From Vicugna vicugna (Eukaryota): 64,000 nucleotides of DNA. A model generated the notes under the pieces. That model ran no database searches, was not told the origin of the DNA, and was given only the letters and a program-made list of their open reading frames with translations. Below are positions 13,556 to 26,200 of the stretch, in pieces; position 1 is the first letter of the stretch; each line of letters begins with the position of its first letter. Where the stretch lies: assembly GCA_013265495.1 (NCBI GenBank), contig MU058714.1, positions 1-64,000 on the forward strand, written 5' to 3'. The translations under genes were made by a program, and so were the position numbers.

Positions 13556-14099
13556 AACGTTAGCCTATAACGATAATATATTTATGCTCACACTTCTACT
13601 CAGCACTGCGCACACACACGCCCCCACACCCCATGCACTGCTGCCCCTAGAGGTGTTCAGTGCTGTGGAGGGAAACGCTGGGCTTCTCTCGCTGGGTAAT
13701 GAGAGAACAGCAGTGTGCCGACTGCTTACAGCAGATCCTTTTGCTTTCTTTCCTCCGCTCAGTTCAGCCACCAGAGACCTCTGACTATTGTATTCTGATT
13801 CCATCAACACGAAGCTGCATTTGGTGGGGGTTGGGGGGGAATAGCCCACTTCCTTTATATTAGGAAAGTAAGAAGCAAACAGACTTCATTTTGGAATCTG
13901 GCCTTTCTTTGGGGAGTTGGAATAAAAGATAATTCTTCCCTGAAGGCCTTGCTTTGGTTTTACAGGGTTTTATATTTGCCTCCCTCCTCCACCCCCTCCC
14001 ACCCCCTGGAAAAGAAGCCTCTGAAGCACTTGCTTGGCTGGAACATCAGAGATGGTGGTCTCAGGAGCCTCTTCCCTCTTATAATGCTGCTTTTATTAA

Positions 14100-14280
14100 T
14101 GCCTTACATTTATATTATACCCCATGGTTTTCCAAAGACACTTAAAGGTATGGCCTGATTTAACAACCTGTAAGGTTGGCAGGGCAGGTCTCACCATCTT
14201 CATCTAACAAGTAAGGGAACTGAGAATCTGGGGAGATAGTGACTTGCCCAAGGTCACATGGGGATCAGCAGGAATTGCCC
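14100..14280 (-). mobile_element. MIR SINE
   Basis: aacaacctgtaagg...gaactgaga...agtgacttgcccaaggtcaca. Confidence 0.8.
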
Positions 14281-14875
14281 CCGTTCCTTGTCTGCGGCTC
14301 ACACCAAGTCAATCTTGTCTTTCATTAATCCGCTGCTTTGGGGGATGACAGTTTAGCCAGAGGGCTACCTTTTAGCAGTGGTGCGGTCCCCAATGAGCCA
14401 GAGGGAGGAGATGAGACATGGGGAGGGCGGTTAGGGTTTCAGCCCCAGCACTGTTACAGGATGGGGAACTGAAACAGGGGCGAGGGAGAGCCCTCAGCTG
14501 TCCTGGGGTTGGCTAGAACATGGGAAGAAATGACACAGTCTCACACATGGCCATCCATTCGACTACCACAGCAGGTAAACATTTATACTGCAGGCCATTG
14601 GCGTCTCCGACTGTGGCTACATGGCTGCCTCACACAGTTAGAAAAACAGAGCCAACTGAATCAGCTTCCTACACCCTTTCAACAAGTCACTGCTTTTTCT
14701 TAAGTTTCTCCACGCTTGAAACCCCTCGGCAGAATCTTGGACTGGAGGGCTGTTAGCAAATTAGATCAGGCACACCTGCCATCAAATTCCAGCATCAAAT
14801 AGCTGTACCAGAATCCAGCAGATGCCTTCACTTAGAGAAACAGGGAAAGACACGGGTGTGGAGGGAACAAGGGTT

Positions 14876-14896
14876 TTCAGCACCACGGACAGCGAC
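14876..14896 (+). promoter_or_regulatory. RE1/NRSE (REST binding site), canonical
   Basis: TTCAGCACCACGGACAGCGAC matches consensus TTCAGCACCACGGACAGCGCC at 20/21, with both half-sites intact and the 2-bp spacer. Confidence 0.85.
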
Positions 14897-17548
14897 CCGC
14901 AGGGGCCTTGGGCTGCCAGGCACCTCCGGGGCTCCAGGCCCGGGGCTGGTGACACAGCCTCCGCCCAGCTCGGTGCCATGCCTTGAAGCACACGGCACCA
15001 TTTATCACCGGGAAGCAGCACTCTGCTTATAAAGGCTCGTGTCACCGCTCATCTGCCTTCATCAAATCCGAAACACGATGGCTCGTCGCTTGCTTTAATT
15101 CACCTCTCCACCAACCCTCTATTTGAATAACTTCCTAAAGGTTTGCCCGTCAAGAGGAAGAGATTCTTCCCGGGAGGTGGGCGAGACTAAGATTTGTCAT
15201 GGATGAGATCAATGCCCAGCTCAAACCGCCTGATTTTCTCCCGGATAATGATGGGTGTCAGCTTTGCTTAGAGCCCAGTTCACCTTTCCGACCTTACTCG
15301 GTCTGAGTCAGAGGCTCCATATGAGAATGGCCACCGCAGGACGTGCTCAAATTTGGGGATCTTCTCAGAGGCTCTGGTTTTATCTGGCACCAGTGGCTGG
15401 GGCCTGTGAGATGTGCAGTATGCAGATAAATTCTGCCGTGTGTGTGCTCACTAAATCCACCACGCTAGAAATGCATTTGGAGGCAATCCTGCCTGCCCAC
15501 AGCAGATTTTCCAGATCCTGGCAACTGGAGCATGTTAAGGACGAGATACAGCTGCCAGGTCTGATTTCTTAAATCAAGATCCGTTTTGTGGGGCGGGCAG
15601 GAGGGAAAAATTAATGCATAACCTGGCAAGGTGAGGGAGGGAGGGATGCCTGCCACCTTGGCCTCTTTGTGCATTTTGAGTGGGAGCCAATTATTTTCCA
15701 GCAAGAGACTTCCAGCTCAGGAAGTGGAAAGGGGCTTCCCATGGGCAACCTGGGACAAGCACTGCCTGACTTCAAACTCAAAACTGCGGGGTCCAAGTGG
15801 AAGGACAGGTGCTGAGTGAAGGATCAGAAGTTGCTGGTGTATGTTTTGCGTTGTTCCTCCCTGAGTTTTAGCCACTGCTGCCGCCGTGTTTGGTTTCCTG
15901 CCCTGTCCTGACCTCCCAGCTTCCTACCACACGCCAAGCTCCATCCACCCCACAGGGGACATGTGGCCAAGCAGCCGCCCAAGGTCTGGTGCCTCTGTGC
16001 ACCCTGGTCGAGAGTGACAGAGAGTGTGTGAGGATGGTTGGCGTGTCCATGTGTGACCAGAGGATGGTGCCTATGAGAGTGCTGGGAAGTGTGGGGTGTG
16101 TGGGCATGTCTGAGGGTGTCTGTCTGTGGCAGAGCAATGAACAAGTGTAGCTATTTGTAAACAACATTTAATGAATGAGGTTTTACGTAACAGATGAGGC
16201 AGCTTGTTCCCAGTAGTGGTGGTCATCTCTGTTCTTCCACTTTTCAATTACAGCTTGTGGCGGGTGGGGACCTTGCCAGGGAGAGTTGAGTGAGAAGGGG
16301 TTGGAGGAGGGCAGAGGCAGAAACGAGGTGAATTAGAGGGACTTTTGTTGCGTTTAATATCAATTCATTTTGCAGACTGCTGACATAGCCAGATTCCACA
16401 GCTCAGAATTTATGGGGCTCCCCAGTGCACAGACTCAAAAAGAAAATACAAAAGAACTTTTTAAAAAATGACCTGCCATCAGTAAAAAAAAATTAGAACG
16501 ATTTTAAGCCTACTCCCCCCCCAAAAGGTACCAGCATGCACACATGCACACATGCATGCAATCTGATTTTGATTTTCTTATTTGGTTTGGGCACTTAGTC
16601 TCATTATGTAATAATCACACCACTTGCCAGAGTCATGCCGTGTTTCATTACTTGATGGCAGGCTTTATATTAGATATATACCCAAAATGACTAGTATAAT
16701 GAGAATGTCAGGAAAAGGAATACACTGAAGACAAGGCACAGTCCCCTGACCTGGAGGAGAGTGGTCCTCTGTCCATCCCTTCCCCAGGAAGCACCTGACG
16801 GAAGATTCCACGCGCAGACTGAGCGTGTGCGGCCACCTCCCCTGGCCCGCCCCCTCCCCCCACCAGCTGTGGTTCTTTCCCCTTAATCTTGGCCAGTGTC
16901 TCTCTTTCTCTGTGTTTGTTCATCTTCTTAAAAGTGCCCTCCAAGGCCCACTGCCTTCCTCCTCTGGGGCTCCACAGAATTCCCTCTTTTCTCCTGAGCA
17001 GCCATGCTTGGGTCTGAGGCCTCCTGAGCTGGGGGACTAGAGTCACACCAGAGCCGAATGACAATGGCTCCCAGCAGATCCCCTGGACTCTCTCCTAGGG
17101 GTTCAGCAGCTGTGCCTTCAGCGGCCGCCCTGGGATGCAGCCTCCCACTGCCGGCTCACCTGTGGCCAAGGTGCCCTCCACCCAGCCGGGAGCCAATCCC
17201 TTGGAGGTAAAGGGGACGTGGAATCCATCTCTCCAGGGCCATGTGACCTGCTGAGGCCATCCCCGCAGCATCACTGAGACCCTTTCTAATCCTCCCCAGA
17301 AACCCAGGGGGTCCTTGGGAGCAGGCTGGGCTCTGACCTCCATGAGAAACAGTGACTGATGCAGGACAAAAACATGGAAATCCAGCCTGGCTTCAGCCAC
17401 AGAGCAGAGTGGCCACAGGACACAGTGGAATGTGTCCTTTCCAAGACAGGGGATTAGGCCCAAGTCATGTTTTATTGACAGCAGACAGGACAAGCCACAC
17501 TGTTCGGTGTGTAGATTCTGGCCCACCCGAGGCAGCCTTCCAAGAGCC

Positions 17549-17714
17549 GAGCCTGGCAGTCAGGGACCACAGAGCGAGCCTGGCCGTCAGGGGCCGCAGA
17601 GCTGAGCCTGGCCATCAGGGACCACAGAGCGAGCCTGGCCGTCAGGGGCCGCAGAGCTGAGCCTGGCCGTCAGGGACCACAGAGCGAGCCTGGCCGTCAG
17701 GGGCCGCAGAAGCT
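17549..17714 (+). repeat. Minisatellite: 3 x 55-bp dimer of alternating 27-bp and 28-bp monomers
   Basis: A=gagcctggccgtcagggaccacagagc, B=gagcctggccgtcaggggccgcagagct, in order ABABAB. Confidence 0.95.
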
Positions 17715-18144
17715 GCCACGGTGACTCAGTGGCCTGGGATGCTCCTTGTACCCCCTCTTTGTACTGTTCTGGACAGTCAAGCGGAAAAGCCCATTTGTCC
17801 TACTACAGCCAGTGGTCCCATTGGAAAAAACAAACTAACAGGCATACGTACGAGTCACAAAACAGAGCGCGGGCCCGGGAAGGTGTGACGGGCGTAAGCG
17901 TCCCATCCCGGCCGCTGCTCCTGGTGGAGAACTCACCAAGCAGATACAAAATGCATCTGGGTTAGGTCGCTTGAGTCACAGCAGTGTTAGAGCAAACCAG
18001 CATAGGAGGGAGATGGGGGCCGGCTCAGGCGGCCTGGGGACAGGGGAAACGTCTTCTAGGAGCAGAAAGAAAGGATGCTGGGGATTAGCGGCTTTGGCGA
18101 CACCCCATCGAGCGACACCGCAGAGAAAGGGAACTCTGTCTGCC

Positions 18145-18460
18145 TTCCACCAACAGTTTATCGAGTACCAAAACCGTGCAGGCACTGTGAGCGTGTGGGT
18201 GGGGGGACAAGATGCATTTGAACGTAATCTGCACTACTGGCTCCTGCCCAGGTGGAGAATACCGGTCAGGAGCCACAGCGCTGCTCCGTGACTGGTGAGC
18301 GCAGAGCCATGGAGGTGCCTGTAGAGCAGGGAGGAGGGAGGGGGAATACCAGGAGGGCTGCACCGAGGAAGCGACGTTTGGATTCAGTATCAGGGGACAA
18401 GGGGCCTTTTAGAAAGAGAAGGGCATCGCAGGCAAAGGCACAGGGGACAAACCAACCTTT
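18145..18460 (-). mobile_element. L2 3' region, diverged
   Basis: caacagtttatcgagtacc...gcaggcactgtg; aggagggctgcaccgaggaagcgacgtttg; agggcatcgcaggcaaagg. Confidence 0.65.
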
Positions 18461-19068
18461 CATTTGGCGATGGTGAGAAGATTCTGTGTCCCCAACTCAG
18501 TCCCTAATGAACACGGTGGCATGTGCAGGGCGAGCTCGGGAGGTATGGGGACCCACCTCTGCTCCCTTCCATCTTGCACGTACACACCCTGAGTATGAGG
18601 TGTGCAGGGACATGGGGGTCAGGGTGGAAGAGGGTGGAGGTCGTCTGTGGGGGCTGCTACCCCACACCGTCTGAAGCGACGTGCTGTTGACCTTGATGGC
18701 AGGAGAGACAGGAGTGCACAGCCTGTCCTGGAGGTGTGGATCGATCGGAGGCGGGGTGGCTGCTCTGGAGCACCGGCATCTGCTGGCAGCCGGGCTCAGA
18801 AGCAGGCAGGCAGGGGCTGTCACCGGAGAGCTCTGTTTGGGTTCAGCACTGTAGACGTGCTCCCAGCAGCAGATGCCGCTGGACTCGGGGAGATGGGGTG
18901 GACGTGGGAGACAAGCTAAGAAACAAGAGGCTGGGTGTGGGGTCAGGTGGCTGCCACACAGAGATGCCCCAGAGAGCAGGATGTCCTGCTGTGGGGGCTA
19001 CTCCCTAATGCAAACTCACGGGACAGTGCACGGCTCACTGGGGCGCGACGCCGAACGGGGTCAGGCCC

Positions 19069-19386
19069 TGTTACAGGCTGAGTTATGTTCCCCACATTCA
19101 TAAGTTGAAGGCCTACCCCCAGCTCCTCAAAACGGGACTGTATCTGGACAGAGGGTCCTTAGAGAAGTGATTAAGGTAAAAGACACCATTAAGGTGAGCC
19201 TTAATCCAATCTTGGTGTCCTTACAAGAAGAGGAGATTAGGACACAGATGTGCATAGAGGAGAGATACGATGTCCCTTACAAGCCTGCAGGCGCCCAGCC
19301 CCCAGATCTGTGAGGAAGCAGACACCTGGCCTTCAAGCCGCCCAGTCCGAGGAACTTGTTTCTGGCGGCCCCAGCGGACTGACACA
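19069..19386 (+). mobile_element. MLT1B-like solo LTR
   Basis: TG...CA ends; ccttaatccaat..ggtgtccttacaagaagaggagattaggacacaga; TSD ggccc/gcccc. Confidence 0.85.
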
Positions 19387-20684
19387 GCCCCGTCAGCTCA
19401 GCACTGCTCCGAGAGCACCAAGAATCCAGAAGAGATGAGGGAGTCAGCGAGGAGAATGGGTGCCATCACCCCAAATGGGAGATGGGGCCCTACTAAATCA
19501 GAGCTCTGATTTCCAACAAAAATCTCTTTCGTTTCTTAACAAAAGTGAAATTAATTCATTTGTACTTTGGGTGAACATCCTTGGGGGGATCCACGTGTGG
19601 TAAAATGAGACTTAAACACAGACACAGAAAGGCCTGCCGAGCAGAGGCGCGCGCGGGCGAGAGGACAGGCCCGGAGGAGCCAGCGTGCTCCGGCCGGGCC
19701 AGCGGAGAGCGCACTCCGGGGAGAGCGCGTGTGGCTCCTGTTGCTGTGTTCTTCTTCTTCTTCCGCCTGTGATGAGTAACCTCTCAAGGCGTCTCAGTCT
19801 CCAGACCAACGTTTCTAGGCTCGGAGGGAAATACCAGGAACCCGCTATGAGTCAAAGCCAGAGACCCTTAAGTAAAGGGGAACGGATACTGCTTATTGTT
19901 TCCAGAAAAGATGAAGAGGCCTCAGGAGAGAAGGAACTGACATTTCAGAAGGTCTCACCTCACGTGGCCACACTGGTAGACAAAATCCCACACAGAAGAC
20001 GCTCACGTGTCGGGACGAAACACAATCCTGCAGTTACTTTTGGAGAACAGGTGCCTTTCTTCCTCCCTATTAGCTCCAGAAATCCTACGGCTGCCAGACC
20101 ACCGCTGCCCAGTCCCCGCCCATCAGAAGTTAGAACACCCCCACCCCCACCCCCACCCCCAGTGGGTTCTGGCCAGAAGACACTCCCCACCCAGGGTGGG
20201 GCCTGGGGGAGCCCCTGAGGGAGCGCTCTGGGTCCCGGCCCAGGACCATGTCATGTCAGGACCCACAGGTGTGCTCTAAGCCTTCCAATCATCGTGGCCC
20301 CTCTGGTTCTCCACCTGGTCCGTCTGGGCCGTATCTGGACCTGGAAACTATCTGAGCGAGCAGTTAACAGAAGACGTCTCCCAGGGTGACACGGCCCCAT
20401 AAGCCTCATTCAAAGCACAGGGGCCGGGAATGCCTCCACTGGGTACATTTTTTCCAAGACTGAGAACTTCAAAGATGCATCTCAAACAGATGAATGCAGA
20501 GAATCTCCAGGACAAGGCTTCAGCCCTGCCATCAAAAGGCCTGTCTTTGCAGATTGATTTCACAGGCGTGTGTGTGCATGCACGTGTGTTTGTCTTTACG
20601 CAAAGGGAGGGAGAGGAGGGCCTCACTGGCCAGTGACTTTCCCAGCTCATTTAGTTTCCATCACGCCAGGATGAGGAATGGAAG

Positions 20685-21183
20685 GCACCACGGCACAGAG
20701 CAGCGGGCTCACGGCAGTCAAGGGCTGGGAACAACCCCAGCATCCACGGGTGGATGGATGGATAAACACAATGTGGATAAACACTGTGGAATCTTATTCA
20801 GCCTTAAAAAGGAAGGACATTCTGACACGTGCTATGTCCTGGGTGAGCCTTGAGGACACTATGCTCAGTGAAAGAAGCCGGACAGGAAAGGGCAAATATG
20901 GTCTGATCCCACTTACCTGAGGTCCCTAGAACAGTCAACTTCATAGAGAAGGGAAGTAGAATGGCGGGTGCCAGGGGCTGGGGGAGGGGGGTGGGGAGCT
21001 GGTGTTCAATGCAAACAGAGCTTCAGTGGTGCAAGGCGAAAAAGTGCTGGAGATGGAGGGTGGTCTCGGCTGCACGATCATGTGAATGTCCTTAATGCCC
21101 CTGAAGTGTTCACTTACAAATGGTTAGAATGGTAAATTTTGTTCCGTGTATTTTACCACAGTTAGAAATAAATTTCTAAAAAT
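20685..21183 (+). mobile_element. L1MB-type LINE-1 3' end
   Basis: ttattcagccttaaaaaggaagga.attctgacac.tgcta, ccttgaggaca.tatgctcagtgaaa and aatggtaaatttt...gtattttaccaca. Confidence 0.9.
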
Positions 21184-21196
21184 TGTGTACACCCCC

Positions 21197-21392
21197 CGAG
21201 CTCTCGCTGTGCACCAGGCACCGTCCTGGCTCCTTCACACACGGTGAACACCACTCCCACCCTGTCAGCAGTCCTCCAAGACAGACGTTGTTGGCCTTTC
21301 TTATAGATAAGAAGCTGGCGCAGAGAGATGCAATAAATTACCTAAGGTCACTTACTAGTAAGAGACAGAGCCAAGGTTCAAACAGGGTGTTC
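21197..21392 (-). mobile_element. MIR SINE
   Basis: ccaggcaccgtcct...tatagataagaagctg...cctaaggtcac.tactagtaag...agccaaggttcaaac. Confidence 0.8.
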
Positions 21393-21599
21393 CACATGGC
21401 AGGCACCCCACAAACAGGTGAGGAGCTCAAAGAACGAGGGAAGAAATGAATGAGTGAACGATGCCAAACCCCGGACTTACACTGTTGAGCTCGCCCTGAC
21501 TCCTCAGGTTTCTGTTTCTAGGGGAGGGCGGGGAAAGGGCTGTTGGCGGTCGGGACACCTTTAAAACAGAGTAGCTCTAAATATTAATCAAAACTTTAC

Positions 21600-21760
21600 C
21601 TGAGTGAGAGGTTTTACTTTGCGACGATGGAAATGACCTGGAACTGGACGAGGGGGACAACTGTGCTACACTGTGGCTGTCCTACCTGCCGCTAAGGTGT
21701 TCATTTTAAAGTGGTTAATTTTATGTTAGGTGAATGTCAACTAAATATATTACTTAAAAA
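21600..21760 (+). mobile_element. L1M 3' terminal fragment
   Basis: gatggaaatg.cctggaact...ttttaaagtggttaattttatgttaggtgaat. Confidence 0.7.
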
Positions 21761-22694
21761 ATACACACATAACATACACCATATCCATATACATAACGTC
21801 AGCGCACACCCTGAAACTGAACACAAATGTACCGGAAGTGTGTCTACCGACGGTTCACCTGGTACGTGGTTGAGAAGAACACACAGACACTGCCCGTGGC
21901 GCCCGAGGCCAGGCCTGCGTGGCCTGCGGGGAGCGGTGGACCTGGGGGGCTGCAGCTGGACTTGTCAGGGCAAAGACGCCCCTGGGGAGGCCATCACGCC
22001 GTTTCAGCGTAGTGACACCGCCACACACCCCTGGCACCGAGCCTGTGGACACTAGCCCGCAGGCTGGGGACTTGGGGTCTTCAAACCTGACGGTATTCAA
22101 AGTCCCTAAGCATTTTCTCTTCAGAGGCTTGTCTGTCTCATTAAACAGTAAGTCACGTGGGCCGGGAGCACCGACCTGCCTCAGCTCATCAGCACCCATT
22201 TCCCTTTATCTCTGAGACAGAAATGATAGTTGATCCCCAGGAATGGTTGCTGGGAGCCGGCCACCTGATAAATAGCGGTGATTAATAACGAATTAAATTA
22301 ACACCACCTTTCAGCTGGCAATAGGGCGATAGGGCAGGGCTTCCAGACACTGTGTGTACACATGCGGGTCCGTGTGCACGTGAGTGTGTGCGCACGCGTG
22401 CGTGTCTGCACGCTCCTGCACGCACATTCTGTGGACCTGGGAAGGGCATCCATGGAGGGAGGCACAGGGACGTGAAGCCGGATGCGAGCTGGGATTTCAC
22501 CCGCTGTGGCTGCATGAATATCCTGGAGGAGCCCATTTCTCAAAGATGTGGGCGGTACATTTGCAGCCTCCTTAAATGTAAGTGACCACCTCCTAATTCC
22601 CGTTTGGAGAATCAACCTTCTGCTTTCTCCAAGTGCGGAACGGGGTTTTGGAAACAGGGTCAGTGGCCAACGCCTCTGTTAGTCCTTGGGGAAC

Positions 22695-23280
22695 ATCCCT
22701 GAGGGGATTGGTTAAGGAAATCACGGTGCTTCTCTGCAGTGAGATAATATTCAGTCATTAAAAACAAGGTGTTTTCTTTCCCTTTCTAGTAAACAATCTT
22801 ATGGTTACCAGGGAAAGAGGGTGGGAGGGGATAAATTTGGGAGTTTGATATTTGCAGATGTTAGCCACTATATATAAAAATAAGATTTAAAAAAGTTGCT
22901 TTTGCATTGCACAGGGAACTATGCTCAATATCTTATAATAACCTTTCATGGAAAAAAATGTGAAAATGGGTATATGTGTGTACATGCATGACTGGGACCC
23001 TGCGCTGTACACCGGAAACTGACACACTGTAATTGACTGTACTTCTATTAAAACAAAACAAAACAACCGAGGTGGCCAGCAGGTTACAGAACAATGAGTG
23101 TCACGTGAAATAAATCTGCAAACTCTTATGAGCAGAAAACTGCCTGGAAGATGACAAAACACTGAGACGTGAAGGGCAGTTATTTCTAACAGTCGGATTG
23201 TGGGTGTGTGTGGTTCTTCATTTTTCTCGTCTGTGTTTTCTACAACAAACATCTATTGCTTATGTAACAATGGAAAGGTA
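22695..23280 (+). mobile_element. L1ME-type 3' end, split by a younger L1
   Basis: gggattggttaa...tattcagtcattaaaaa lies left of the insert; agcaggttacagaaca...ttttctacaacaaacatctattgctt lies right of it. Confidence 0.6.
22788..23065 (+). mobile_element. Cetartiodactyl/camelid L1 3' UTR, 5'-truncated
   Basis: aaacaatcttatggttacc, gggataaatttgggagtttga, gcacagggaactat..tcaatatctt and gctgtacacc.gaaa.tgacaca motifs; (AAAAC)n tail. Confidence 0.85.
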
Positions 23281-26200
23281 GAAATAGCCTGTTATCATCT
23301 GCAAAGAAAAAAAAAAAGATTGCACTGAAGGTCTTTAGACCCTCCCAGCCCCAGGGGAGGAAGAGCAGAGGGTTTTCAGAAGCAAAGACGAGGGAGACCA
23401 CAAAAGGGCCGGCACTCTTGGCTCCGACGGTGAATCCGTGAGGGGTTCTTGGGGTGGGATGTGCTCACGCCCACGGGTCTGTGGGAGAACCAACTCCTTC
23501 ACTCTTACTTGGCCCCTGCCTCACACTGCTTCCCCGGAGGGTCACACACTCATTCCTCAGTCGCTGGACGGCCTGTCTTAGGGGCCAGGTGCCCGCCCAG
23601 CACGGGCCTGCTCTCAGCCGGTGCTGGCTCAGCAGGGCCCGGGTGTGGGGGAGCCCAGGGTCCAGGCAGGGCAGAAGGCGCTGCACAGGCACCCTCCCCT
23701 CCCCAGGATGGCTCAGTTCCTGGAGACGAGGCAGACCAGGCACGCTCATCCCCAGAGCATATGCGCCCGGTGACATCAACTCATGCCTCCTCCGCCCCGC
23801 CCCGCCCGCTGGGCCAGCGGACAGGATGCTGGGCACTGGAAGTACGGCGAAGCCACCCCTCAGAGGTCCTGCGTGACTCAGGGGCGCCGCCGCCACACCT
23901 GGCTGAGGGTCTGGGGACAAGTCCTGGGCCTTTCAGAGCCCAGGTTCCTTCTTGGTCAAAGAAGGAGGGAGCTGGACAAGAAGATCCCCGGGTCCCTCCC
24001 GGCTCAGGCGTTCGGTGACAGTCTATGGGTGCCAAGGGGTGACGCGGCGCCACACTCTGCTTTGACAGCAGCTGGACCACAGCAATATCCTCTACCTGCT
24101 CCCCTCATATTTCAGGACTGGGAAGAGATTTCTGAGAAGGAAAATCCTTGAGAGCTTGGAGTGTGTGTCTCTCTCTTGCACACACACACGCACGCACACA
24201 CCAAGCCACGGCTCAACCCCACGAAAGGCCTTCAGTGTTGACTCTAAGCCAAGGACACAGCAGACGCCGGAGACAGCTCCCGAGCCCCGGGGCTCCCACC
24301 CCGGGGTCCCCACTCTCTGTCCTGCACAAACCCCTGCCCGCCCAGGCCAGTCTGGGGCCGTCACTCCCACAGCCGGCCAGACAGACACGTGCTCCCCCCA
24401 AGTTCACGGACAAACCACTTCGGCATGGCACACACGGAGCAAGGGATCAGAAGACCCAGCAGATGCGAGCCTCAGTTCCAGCCCCTCACTTACCAGGCCC
24501 CGGGTCCTCATCTGCAGCTGGGGTGGCGATGGGTCCGACGGGGCTGGGTGAGGTTCAGCCACGGCAAACACAGAATCACAGGACTTATCAGCTGGAGGCT
24601 CTGAACCGGCCCCTCAGGAGAGGTGAAGTGTCCTCTCCCACCAGGCCCCTTTACACTAGTGGCCCAGCCCCAGCTGCCCTCTGACTGAGCACTGCGGGTC
24701 CCAGAGCGCAGGACGGCGGCGAGGAGGCCCGACCCAACTCTGCGGCAATGTCTGCCGCGGGGTAAAATGACCGCGGACCATCAGTTTGATCCTGTCTCTG
24801 ATTTATTATTCTTTTTCTTTTCTGCACACACCCAACCCTGCCCCTAAACAGAAACAAGGAAACCCTAAAAATGTCAGCAAAACGACCAGAAAAGCCAAAA
24901 AAGACGCAGAGCTGTTCCGACAGGGATGCCTCTGGTTACAGAAAGACACGCTTTCCGGGTGCCTCTGTCTCCTAAGGAAGGCTCCTGCCCTCGTCTGCCT
25001 GCCCACCTGCACAGAGCGTAACTGAAACGGGCTGGGAGGCCGCCCTCCAGCAGGCCCCTGGTCTGCCCAGGGAGGGAGCGTCTGGAAAAGGTGCCTGTCA
25101 GCTCTTTCTGCCTCTTCCCGGCCCGTCTTCCTCCCACTCAGCCTGCGTGGGTCGGGCTGGCAGCAGGGCGGGCGGCCCAGCTCGGAGCTGGACACACTCC
25201 TGAAAGGGCAGGAGGCCTCCGCTGGGCCATTTTTCAGACTTTAATTCCACTGAGCGAAACTTCAGAAGGCTTTCCACGTGCTCAGCCCAAATTCCCTCTC
25301 TGCCCCGGCGAACACCGCCTCCAAGAAGGACAGACGGCCGGACGCTCATCGGGAGGCCCGCCGTGGACGCCAGGGTCCGGCGGGCAGTCCCATTGCGCAG
25401 AAGCAGTAACACCCACAGTCCGGTGTCATTTCCAACCACTGAAACCCAGAAGGATTTGAACGACAGGAACAAAGCTCCGTGGAGAACTTTCTGACGCTGG
25501 GCCTGCAGGCAGCCCTCCGGGGCCACATACCCAGCTGTGGGCCCCGACTCTGCCACACAGGCGCTGGTGGCAGTGACCTCCATGCGCCCTGCCCCCCACC
25601 GAAGGAGGACAGATTCTAGGAGTGTCCCCCATGGCACCAGAAGAGAATAAACAAGACAGGGCTGAACCGTCCCCAGCCCCAGGCCCCCAGTAGCGTGAGC
25701 ACCTCTGTGCAGAATGCCGGCTGCCAGCACATACCTGATGCTCTTGAAATTCAACTGTGAGCAGACCCTGGGCACGCCCGTCTTCCCTGTGCCCTCCCTG
25801 CTCTGTTCCCCGGGCGTCCACTCTCTCTGTCCAGGTGTTTCTAACTCAGGCTGAACTATTCTGCCATGGACCCCAGGAGTGGGGGACAAGGGCAGGAGGG
25901 AGGGGTCTTGCCCAGTGGCCAGCCCAAGGCCATCTTCCTCTTTCTCTTCCAAGCACATAGGAGTAGACACGGACGGTCAGGAGCAAAATGATGGGGAAAG
26001 GATGCAGGCAGGAGGGGAGGTGGGAAAGCCAAGGATGCCCTCCCTCTCGCCCTCCACCCAGATGCACAAAGGCCACATCTGAGCCGCCTCCTCTGCCCGA
26101 CCTGGACAGCGGCCTTTCCCACCAGCGCCTCCTCCATCCAAGCTCCCTGGAAACCTGGGAGCATTTCTCCACGCTGGTCCTCAGACCGGCCAGCAGGGCC

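Noticed and set aside
17549..17714. CRISPR-like repeat array
   Set aside because: The units are contiguous with no unique spacers, there are no cas genes, and the context is mammalian.
18774..18878. 12-bp perfect inverted repeat cggcatctgctg/cagcagatgccg with an 81-bp spacer
   Set aside because: About one such pair is expected by chance in 64 kb of GC-rich DNA, and the stem does not extend.
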